From contig CATNEN010000034.1 in assembly GCA_950097015.1 (NCBI GenBank), positions 62,001-126,000 on the forward strand: DNA of 64,000 nt. Reading direction: 5' to 3'. Made by a program: the position numbers and the translations under genes. The notes beneath the pieces were generated by a model that saw nothing but the letters and a program-made list of their open reading frames with translations, did not search any database and was not told the origin of the DNA. This DNA comes from Macrostomum hystrix. Taxonomy: Eukaryota; Animalia; Platyhelminthes. This document shows, piece after piece, positions 51,810-62,103 of this stretch; the first letter of the stretch is position 1; every line of letters starts with the position of its first letter.

Positions 51810-52100
51810 CAGCCAATCAGAGAGCCGCAGGCTTTCCTCAACAGCCGGTAAGAACCATTAGATTCTCTCTGAAAGCCAATCAGAATATTCAAAGGCTTTA
51901 AACGCAACAGCAAATCAGAGTGTCCTTCGCTACTCTACCCTAACAGCCAATCAGTGTCCTTCGCTTCTCATTCCTAACAGCCAATCAGAGTGTGCTTCGC
52001 TTCTCAACCCTAACAGCCAATCAGAGTGTCCTACGCTTCTCAACCCCAAAAGCCAATCAGAGGGTCCTTCGCTTTTCTACCCCAACAGCTAATCAGAAAG
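51810..52100. repeat. Degenerate tandem array built on agccaatcag (CCAAT-box consensus), 3' of the MXRA7-like gene
   Basis: Repeated acagccaatcagag units of about 30-35 bp. Confidence 0.85.
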
Positions 52101-52120
52101 CCGCAGGCTTTTACCCTGGT

Positions 52121-53209
52121 CTAAGCGTACAGACTCAACTGGTTCTTAATCTGCTCCAAAGAAGCTTTCGAAACGGCGCTGTCACCGGTAACTCCATCGC
52201 CCTGCCGTTCGGCCAGAATGCCGGAAATCTCTCTCAACTGGTCCAGCACAATGTCGCGCTCCTGCTGCAACTCATCCGGCGACAGACTGTCGAGCAGTTT
52301 AGCCTGTTCGGCTTTCTTCAATCTGCCAGGCAGATGTGCGAATGGTACTGGATTTGGTTCTGATTTTAGCTTCTGGGGCTGCTGCAGTTGCCTATTATGT
52401 GCCGCCAATAATTGCGATGCTTCTTCGTCTCTCAGGTTTGCTTTAGTCACCAGTTCTGCAGTTTTAAATCATAAAAAGCAAAAAATGTTCTTGTTTAATT
52501 TTGTAGGACGTAGCTGGACATTAAGCAGTCTAAAAGAAAAAAGAAAATTGCCTGCAGAGTTGAAAAAAGTAGGTTACTAGCTTGTCCATGAGAAAGTAGC
52601 ATGATGTTCTGGATAGCGAGGTCTTCTCTCAAGCCAGCCAATCAGAGACTAACAGAGTCTCATATCGAGCCAGCCAATCAGAGATTGTCAAGGTCTTCTG
52701 TCGAGCCAGCCAATCAGAGACAAAAGGTTTACTCTCTGAGCCAGGATATCAGAACTAACCAAGTTTTTCTCTCGCGCAAGCAAATCAGAGACTACCAGGG
52801 TCTCCTCTCGGGCCAGCCAATCAGAGACTACTAGGGTCTTCTCTCGAGCCAGCCAATCAGAGATTACTAGGGTCTTCTCTTGAGCTAGCCAATCAGAGAC
52901 TATTAGGGTCTTCTCTCGAGCCAGCCAATTAGAGACTAACAAGATCTTCTCTTGAGCCAGCCAATCAAATAATAGCAGGGTATTCTATGTGAGCAAACTA
53001 ATTGGGCAATCAGAGAATCTTGCCCAGCTTAGCTTACCGTCCTGAGCCCTGGATTTCTCTGCAGCCACCTCGGCCGCCCATTGGGCAGTGAGCTGACGCC
53101 GCCGGATCAACTGCTGAGCCAGCGTAGCCAGCAGGCAGGCCAGCACGGTGGTCAGTATGACTAGCAGTGCCTGACCAGCGTTGCCTTCTGATGCACGCGG
53201 ATCAGTCAT
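52121..53209 (-). CDS. MXRA7: MXRA7-like single-pass membrane protein, 168 aa, 2 exons
   Basis: Exons 53209-53038 and 52455-52121 (phase 1 matched, 507 nt). N-terminal hydrophobic helix ALLVILTTVLACLLATLA. The C-terminus PGRLKK...SPDELQQERDIVLDQLREI...IKNQLSLYA resembles the MXRA7 helical domain (recognised from memory, not searched). Confidence 0.7.
52620..52985. repeat. ~33-bp minisatellite with cagccaatcagag in each unit, MXRA7-like intron
   Basis: About 10 units of gagccagccaatcagagactactagggtcttctctc type. Confidence 0.9.
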
Positions 53210-53398
53210 GGCCGGGCCTGGAATATAAGACGTTAGAAATATCCCATTACATTACTACTAGTAGCAAGAATGAAAGCGACTCTAAAATAAAAAAAATAAC
53301 TGCGTTTCCGTCTTAACCGTTCACATTTCGAATAGTTTTTGAATAGCTCAGGCTTCGTATACTCACAATGATATAGAGCTGTCTTGAACGAAAAACTA

Positions 53399-53404
53399 TT
53401 TATT
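53399..53404 (-). terminator. Candidate polyadenylation signal AATAAA for SDR39U1
   Basis: TTTATT on the + strand, ~113 nt after the SDR39U1 stop and ~180 nt before the next acceptor. Confidence 0.5.
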
Positions 53405-53516
53405 TACATAAAAATAGAAATGATTTGTTTGCAGAACTCGAGTAAGGCGTAGAAAAAAAGTTTATGCTAGGTAGAGAACCGGATGAAAAGTAGCTGGCAA
53501 GCTAAAAGTACAAAGT

Positions 53517-54831
53517 CTAGTAGCCGTAGATATCTCGCATAGCTTCGCGCAGATCGGCAAACTGGAACCTGTAGCCGGCCTCCTGGGTTCGTCTGGGCGA
53601 CACGAAAGCGCCGTCGATAAGAACGCCGGCCCTATCGGCGCCGAACATCAGACGAACCACCGCTGCCGGTGTAGTTAAAAAGGCCGGACGGCGCAGACTG
53701 GCAGCCAGAGCGGCAGCCAAATCCGAGCTCGTATTCTGAGCGGGCGCCACCGCATTGAGCACGTCTAGATGAGCTGCTGCTAGAGCGGGCAGGTCTGCCA
53801 GCAATGCGTGCTGGAGAACACCAACAGCATCTTTGATGTGCACCCAGGCAACTGGCTGGCGGCCGCTGGCCACCGGACCGCCGAGGCCCAGGCGGAACGG
53901 CAGGGCCATGCTGGCTAGGGCGCCGCCGTCCCGGCCCAGGGCGACGCCCATGCGAACGGCTACGCGGCGAGTGGCAGGCGTCGATTGGGCAAAGATAGCT
54001 TCTTCGATGCTGACGCATAGTCGGCCGGCCAGGCTAGAGTCGGCGGGTCCGGAATAATATTCGTCGTAGACTGGCTGAGGTCCGGAGGAGACGAGCTGCG
54101 CGGAGAGGGGATCGGCGCAAGTTGGCAATTGCAAAACAATCAAGTATAGAAACTGCTCGATTGTCTTCATATTCCCATTAAAATGTGGGCACTCAAGCAT
54201 CATTTTGGCGCACTACCAACCTGAAGTCGGCGACTCGAGGAATTCTTCATTGTCAGGTGGTTGGCACTTACGGGCGCAAACAACAAGCCCCCAAGCCTTC
54301 CAACCGCGGATTCGAGCTCAGGGACTCTGGGCGGAGAGTTGGACCCCTATAAGAGGAATAGTAATTCCCACGACTGAAATCCCAAGATTCGATTGAGCAG
54401 GGAGCACTCACAGACGAAGGGTAATAACCCACGGCAGACACTCCAACCAGACGTCGAGGCGGCTTCGGTTGAACGCCTTCGGCTGCAGCGGCCAGGCAGC
54501 GAATCCGGCCGATCCGACTGTCGAACAATTCGTCAACATACTGACGGTAGGCGGCAGCTGACAGCCGCAGAGCTGGGCCGGACTCCAGGATGCTCCTGCC
54601 AGACAGGCAGCAAACAGCTTCAACACCGTCAGGTAGGCCGCATCGTTCGACCTCCGACCAGGTCAGCGAATCCGAGGAGTCCCCCGATGTCGCCAATTGG
54701 TGTCGGCTGCTGCGTCGCCGATCTATAGAGACAACTCGATGGCCGGCGGAGCGGAGGCTGCGCAACAGGTGGCGGCCGATGAAGCCGCTGGCACCGCCGA
54801 TGGCGATGACGGATCGCGGGAAACTGGGAGG
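53517..54831 (-). CDS. SDR39U1: Epimerase family protein SDR39U1 (TIGR01777-type NAD(P)-binding), ~333 aa, 2 exons, no genomic ATG
   Basis: Exons 54831-54412 and 54095-53517 (phase 0). Rossmann motif IAIGGASGFIG, VSAVGYYP, VRMGVALGRDGGAL...PFRLGLGGPVASGRQPVAWVHIKD, LNAVAP and VSPRRTQEAGYRF. Confidence 0.9.
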
Positions 54832-54844
54832 CTGCAAATAATAA

Positions 54845-57183
54845 ACAGGATGGGGTAGCAACCAATATACAGGATGGGGTAGCAACCAATATACAGGATG
54901 GGGTAGCAACCAATATACAAGATTGGGGTAGCAACCAATATACAGGATGGGGTAACAACCAATATACAGGATGGGGTAACAACCAATATACATGATGGGG
55001 TAGCAACCAATATACAGGATCGGGTAGCAACCAATATACAAGATTGGGATAGCAACCAATATACAAGATTGGGGTAGCAACCAATATACAGGATAGGTAG
55101 CAACCAATATACAGGATGGGGTAGCAACCAATATACAGGATGGGGTAGCAACCAATATACATGATTGGGGTAGCAACCAATATACAGGATGGGGTAGCAA
55201 CCAATATACAGGATGAGGTAGCAACCAATATACAGGATGGGGTAGCAACCAATATACATGAATGGGGTAGTAACCAATATACAGGATGGGGTAGCAACCA
55301 ATATACAAGATTGGGGTAGCAACCAATATACAGGATGGGGTAGCAACCAATATACAAGATTGGGGTAGCAACCAATATACAGGATGGGGTAGCAACCAAT
55401 ATACAGGATGGGGTAGCAACCAATATACAAGATTGGGGTAGCAACCAATATACAGGATGGGGTAGCAACCAATATACAGGATGGGGTAGCAACCAATATA
55501 CAGGATGGGGTAGCAACCAATATACAGGATGGGGTAGCAACCAATATACAAGATTGGGGTAGCAACCAATATACAGGATGGGGTAGCAACCAATATACAG
55601 GATGGGGTAGCAACCAATATACAAGATTGGGGTAGCAACCAATATACAGGATGGGGTAGCAACCAATATACAAGATTGGGGTAGCAACCAATATACAGGA
55701 TGGGGTAGCAACCAATATACAGGATGGGGTAGCAACCAATATACATGATTGGGGTAGCAACCAATATACAGGATGGGGTAGCAACCAATATACAGGATGG
55801 GGTAGCAACCAATATACAGGATGGGGTATCAACCAATATACAGGATGGGGTATCAACCAATATACAGGATGGGGTAGAAACCAATATACAGGATGGGGTA
55901 GCAACCAATATACAGGATGGGGTAGCAACCAATATACAGGATGGGGTAGCAACCAATATACAGGATGGGGTATCAACCAATATACAGGATGGGGTAGCAA
56001 CCAATATACAGGATGGGGTATCAACCAATATACAGGATGGGGTAGCAACCAATATACAGGATGGGGTAGCAACCAATATACAGGATGGGGTAGCAACCAA
56101 TATACAGGATGGGGTATCAACCAATATACAGGATGGGGTAGCAACCAATATACAGGATGGGGTAGCAACCAATATACAGGATGGGGTAGTAACCAATATA
56201 CAGGATGGGGTAGCAACCAATATACAGGATGGGGTAGCAACCAATATACAGGATGGGGTAGCAACCAATATACAGGATGGGGTAGCAACCAATATACATG
56301 ATTGGGGTAGCAACCAATATACATGATTGGGGTAGCAACCAATATACAGGATGGGGTAGCAACCAATATACAGGATGGGGTAGCAACCAATATACAGGAT
56401 GGGGTAGCAACCAATATACAGGATGGGGTAGCAACCAATATACAGGATGGGGTATCAACCAATATACAGGATGGGGTAGCAACCAATATACAGGATGGGG
56501 TAGCAACCAATATACAGGATGGAGTAGCAACCAATATACAGGATGGGGTAGCAACCAATATACAGGATGGGGTAGCAACCAATATACAGGATGGGGTAGC
56601 AACCAATATACAGGATGGGGTAGCAACCAATATACATGATTGGGGTAGCAACCAATATACATGATTGGGGTAGCAACCAATATACAGGATGAGGTATCAA
56701 CCAATAAACAGGATGGGGTAGCAACCAATATACAGGATGGGGTAGCAACCAATATACAGGATGGGGTAGCAACCAATATACAGGATGGGGTAGCAACCAA
56801 TATACAGGATGGGGTAGCAACCAATATACAGGATGGGGTAGCAACCAATATACAGGATGGGGTAGCAACCAATATACATGATTGGGGTAGCAACCAATAT
56901 ACATGATTGGGGTAGCAACCAATATACAGGATGGGGTAGCAACCAATATACAGGATGGGGTAGCAACCAATATACAGGATGGGGTAGCAACCAATATACA
57001 GGATGGGGTAGCAACCAATATACAGGATGGGTATCAACCAATATACAGGATGGGGTAGCAACCAATATACAGGATGGGTAGCAACCAATATACAGGATGG
57101 GGTAGCAACCAATATACAGGATGGGGTAGCAACCAATATACAGGATGGGGTAGCAACCAATATACAGGATGGGGTAGCAACCA
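54845..57183. repeat. 24/25-bp minisatellite (caggatggggtagcaaccaatata)n between ITPA and SDR39U1
   Basis: About 95 copies; ends about a dozen nt from the SDR39U1 acceptor. Confidence 0.97.
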
Positions 57184-57498
57184 ATTGGCCAAATTGAAAG
57201 AAAAAAGAAACCTACAAAAGAGATTGTATTTTAATTGGGCTCCACTTTGGAGAAGCAAAAGTTACAAAAATATCGTAGACTATTTAGTTAATGTTAATTG
57301 CAAGTGACTAAAAAAGCAAGTTCCTTAAAATAATTAACAAGTAAATTATAAGTTTAGATAAGGACGCACATGATGAAATAATTATTGCAAAAAAGAAACA
57401 ATTACTCCTTACGTCAATCTAGCAACACAAATTTGATGACAAGCTACTAGCTATTCTCGCCGTCTACCTTGAAAATTAGCAGTTTGAAAAGCCTGCTT

Positions 57499-58296
57499 TC
57501 ACTGCTTTAACTCTTCAAGCAGAAAGTCTCGCACCAAAGCCAAGGCTTTGGCCCTGTGTGAAATTGTATTTTTAACAGCCGGCGACATCTGGGCGAACGT
57601 CTCGGCAAAGCCGTCCGGCCGAAAGATCGGATCCCAGCCGAATTTGTTCTCACCGGCTGGCGAGTCAACTATGACGCCCGGACAGATGCCATTGAAGGTC
57701 TTCACCTCCTGGCCGGGCCCGCGACTATAGGCGAACACGCAGCGAGCCTGGGCGGTCTTGTCTGTGAAGGCAGCCAACAGCTTCGGCAAGCCAGCCGGTC
57801 CCAGTGCATCTAGGAACCACTTGATGTAGACACCGGGCAGACCGCCCAATGCATTGAAGCAGAGGCTGGTGTCTTCAACTAGCACGGGCCCACCAACTTG
57901 ATCAGCAGCTAGTCGGCATTTCTCCTGTGCCACCTTTGACAGACGCATTGTTGCAGGGTTTACTTTGATCAATTGTTTAGCCTATTTGAGCAATTGCCTG
58001 ACTAGTTTTCTACCCCAGTTGTAGCACAGGCCAACAAGGTATAGCTTCTACTTATGTATCTACCAAATTTTTATAATGACCCTGGATTCAATTGGTAATA
58101 AAATTTTTGCATTTCGAAGCCTCTCAAAGCAACAACTCACAGTCTCAGGTGTGCCCTGCAGCTCTGGCAGGTCGACATTCTGGCTAACAACTCGATCAGC
58201 CAGGCCAGCAGTCAGCAAGATGCTATTTAATTCGCGCAACTTATTTGCATTTCCAGTTACAAATGTGACAACTTTCAGCTTTTCTTTTGTTGCCAT
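57499..58296 (-). CDS. ITPA: Inosine triphosphate pyrophosphatase (HAM1 family), 196 aa, 2 exons
   Basis: Exons 58296-58141 and 57933-57499 (phase 0). Motifs [39 protein letters not shown] and KNTISHR. Confidence 0.96.
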
Positions 58297-58344
58297 CTGC
58301 CCTCAGGTAGCTTATTAGCTCTGGAATTTTTTCTAAATGATAAG

Positions 58345-58885
58345 CAGTAGGACTACCAAGCCATTTTGCTGCCCATTTTTATACTTAGGGGCTACCCAGA
58401 ATTTTTTGGCAGCGCCTGAATGCTAAGAGCATTAGGTGGTGACTAATTAGTTGACAGACTAGGTGATAATAATGTACTATAGTTAAGCTGTGGTTGATAT
58501 TTAGGCTTGATCAATGAAATTAGAGAAATTTGCATCAGGGTATCCATAGCGGCCTAGTTCTACCTGCTATAGCCCTTGAAAGTCTAGCAGTCCATCTAGA
58601 TAAAGGTAGGTGACCATCAATGACAGATGATGTAGGCAAAATTGGGTGACATGATGATAAAGTTTGAAGGCCTGGCAAGGCTGCACTAAGGTACAGTGCT
58701 AATTTGTAAAAAATCCAATCCTTTAGCCAGAACTACTTAATATCTTTAAGATCTAACGAGCTGGTAACTAGATTTATGTTTCAGACAATGGGCAACAAAA
58801 ATTTGGCACATGTTCTTGGGTTATATATATGAATTGCTCTATTTGGGTATAGCACTAAAAATTGCTCCCATCAGTTGTTCTATGA
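58345..58885. mobile_element. Family A TIR element, degenerate copy just upstream of ITPA
   Basis: Starts cagtaggactaccaagccattttg; internal catctagataaaggtaggtgacc and cactaaggtacagtgctaatt match 14857-15399. The right end is eroded. Confidence 0.7.
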
Positions 58886-60536
58886 TTATATTATCTAGTT
58901 ATAAAATAGCTACATTTAGAGAATATATTTTATGAAACTAATTAAACACATTATAATATAAGGAGTAGGCCTAAAATAAATATATAGTTACTTATTATAT
59001 TGTGCATTGTTTGTATCAGTATCATCAAATTCAAATACAAAGTCTAAACCATCTAACATCCTGATTGGCAAAGCTAGATATTGTAACTTAGTTTAGCTAT
59101 CTAAACATTTTAATTACAACTTCACCAGGGATAGATAAGGATAGGCCTAGGCCCTATTATATTTACAATTTGATAAAATAATTTCAATGAGAACTTTTTG
59201 AGCTAATTGAATGTTTTATTAGTATCATGTTAGAACCATGATCAAATACAAACTATGGTCAGTGTTATTCTGAATTGAAGAGAAAAAGTTGTAATTTTAT
59301 ATTAGCTAGCTATCTTATTGAAACAAATATATAATTTCCTAGGACAAAAATCAAAAAATCAATTTGCTCTATCAAGCATTTCTTAAAATATGTATATAAC
59401 TACAGAATAGCTATAGTTACAACCAAGAGAAACATATTTACAAAGTGATATCAATATAACAAAGCTAGCCAGCTTGGACTCAAAGCTTGGACACATACAT
59501 AAATAGAAGAACAATGCTAGGTCCAGTCTGCACTGGGCCTAATAAAAATCAATCTTAGCCATTATGTGTGAGTAGAGGTCTTAGAAATCTTAGTAAGCGA
59601 GTTAGCGAGTCCTCAAATTAACAAGCCCTATCTAAGCAGTTTATTTTGTTTAATAAAATAAACACGCCCAAGTTAGCCTTCTAGGTTTCTACTTATGTCT
59701 AGCTTAAAGCTATTGCTTTTATAATTTAACATCGCCGCTCCGCAACATAATGATTGGTTTCGTAGAAAGCCAACGTACATATTTATTTATAGTCAAAATT
59801 AATATTTAATAGTTATATTTATATTTATTTATATTTATAGTCACAATCAGAGAGTATGTCTGGTCAACAATATATAATATACTCCGGCTTAATCAAAGTC
59901 TATTGTACTCGTATATCAAGCTAGAAGCATCTTGGTACTTGTAAGTTACTGAGCGAGAAGGACATCGGGAAGATCTGAAGGTTGACCAAATGCGTTTTTA
60001 AAGGTATTGACTACAGCAGGACAAGGATGTTGTCGTTCCATTGTCGTTCCTCGAGGCATAAGGCATAACAATTCTAATAACAATATGTGATGGTTTTTCT
60101 GAATATATAAACGCAGCTCGCCTTGTGAGCTCCAAACACAAACACCAGAGGCATGGCGGGACAGCTCAGCTGCTCAGGTGGGTCGCTCTCTTCTCACTTT
60201 CTCTACCGCGTAACGGTAGACGCTCGGGGCATTAGCATCAAAGCGAAGGCCACGCAGCAAGCGGTCGCGTACAGTTGGCATATGAACAAACTCACAAAGC
60301 CAAGACAAATCTCTTGGGGATGGCCAGTGATGCATGCCACAACAGCAGAAAGTTCTGAAACGAATTTCAGGAATAAAAATCTGCTCAGAGCTCACAGCAG
60401 AATTAGGGCCTGTTTATTAAATTGTAATTAATTTTAGCATCCTTTTAAAAGTTCAATGTCATTCTTATTGTATCATAAGCAAGTTATAAGCGAAGGAGAG
60501 GTATAATCCGAAAGGATTTGTCTTTGATTTCAGTAA

Positions 60537-60840
60537 GGTGGTAGCACGACAATTGCTTGCGTGACAACTGCCTGCGCGACAACTGCCTGCGCGACGACTG
60601 CCTACGCGACAACTGACTACGGCGACAACTGACTGCAAGACAACTGCCTACGCGACGACTAAACTCTTCTGCCTGCAGTCAGTTTTCGTGCTGTTAGTTG
60701 TCACAGCAGTCTGCAATTGTCACAGCAGGCAGTTGTCGCCGCAGCTAGTCAGCTGTCGTGCAGGCAGTCGTTCCGCAGGCAGTTTTCGCGTAGGCAATTG
60801 TCACAGCAGTCAGTTGTCGTGCAGGCAGTTGTCACCGACC
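60537..60840. mobile_element. Foldback-like element: tandem gacaactgcc units mirrored by ggcagttgtc units
   Basis: The left arm repeats (gc)gacaactgcct, the right arm repeats gcaggcagttgtc; termini ggt...acc. Confidence 0.7.
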
Positions 60841-60859
60841 TTTGGCTAGACGGAGCTGC

Positions 60860-61457
60860 TGCTGGACCTTAACCAAGTGGCACCAGGCGAACCTAATGCA
60901 AATTTCTCCCATTTCGCTGATCAAAACTTAATATTGGGCGATATATTGGGCCAAGCCTATAGTCAGTCCAGCAATCAGTCACCACCCCGACGCCGTCAGC
61001 ACCGTCAACAGGAAGCCTCCAGCTGGCTATGTAGTCCCTATAAATTAGCGAATTTCTCTATACTCTCGCTGATCAAGCCTCGATATTGGGCGTCACTCAA
61101 CTACTACTTGTTGAAGGTCCAGCAGCTCCGTCTAGGTAAAGTTGACTAACGAAGTTGGAGATGATCTAGGCACATTCGGCTGATAAATTTAGAAGGCCTG
61201 GCAAGGCCGCACTGAGGCGCAGTGCTAATTCGTATATAGGGGTGTATGAAATACACTGGCTCTTATGGAAAAAATCTGACCTTCGGCCAGAACCGTTGAA
61301 TATCTCGACGGTCTGAAGGGCTGGTGGCTTGGTTATTGTTTCAGAAGATGCGCAACAAAAAGTTGGCGCGTGTTCTTGAGTTTCGTGTTGTTGCGTTGCG
61401 TTGTTCCGTTCAGGTGCAGCAAAACTAATTTTCAGCCTGTCCTTGGTAGTTCTACTG
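60860..61457. mobile_element. Rearranged family A element
   Basis: 61110-61457 matches the 15050-15399 orientation and ends cttggtagttctactg. 60860-61090 carries family A pieces in the opposite orientation. Confidence 0.7.
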
Positions 61458-62103
61458 TTCTATTGGATCTAAGCCCAGTACTGGATGCTTCCCATTTTGA
61501 ACAATGTAAAGGAGGGGCAGCTTTCCTAATTATTATCAGGCACCCACTATTATCTGTGCTTGGATTTACTTGTAATCTGGATTTGCGATTCCTAAAGATG
61601 ATCATCTTAAAAAGTTTTCGATCCCAGGGTCCCAGATTACAAAAGACGAAAGCTGTCCGAGCCTGGCGAGCTCACTATGATTTCTATCATAATTGCATAG
61701 AACAGCATTGATTGCTTGTGCCCGCCAGCCTGTTAACCTAAGGAACCTAAGAAGCTTCTTTGGAAGCCTAAGGAACTACATTGTTGCTCATTTGAAGTGC
61801 ACTTTTCCATTTCAGTCTTTAAATCTACCGCAGCCCCAACTCACACCACTCGTACTTGATACTAATAGCTCGCTCATCTCTAATTAGTCTAGGGTCTAGG
61901 CTAGGCATTTTTACAGCAAGCAAAGGTTAAATAGCGTAGCCGGACGGTATATGCCATAGATACATTTTCTAGCCCTGTAACTGAAAGACAGCCAAGGGCT
62001 CAAAAAGGTCTTCAGCGCGCCCACACAAGCTTTCATTCATTAAAACAGATCACCTTTCCTTAAGTGTTTCTGCTGCAGCTGAACAAAGAAAGCCTACAAT
62101 ACC

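Noticed and set aside
62064-62103. SL-AUG start for alpha-tubulin via the acceptor at 62078
   Set aside because: It would be out of frame, and tubulin has its own ATG with the required MREC N-terminus. The acceptor more likely ends a 5' UTR intron.
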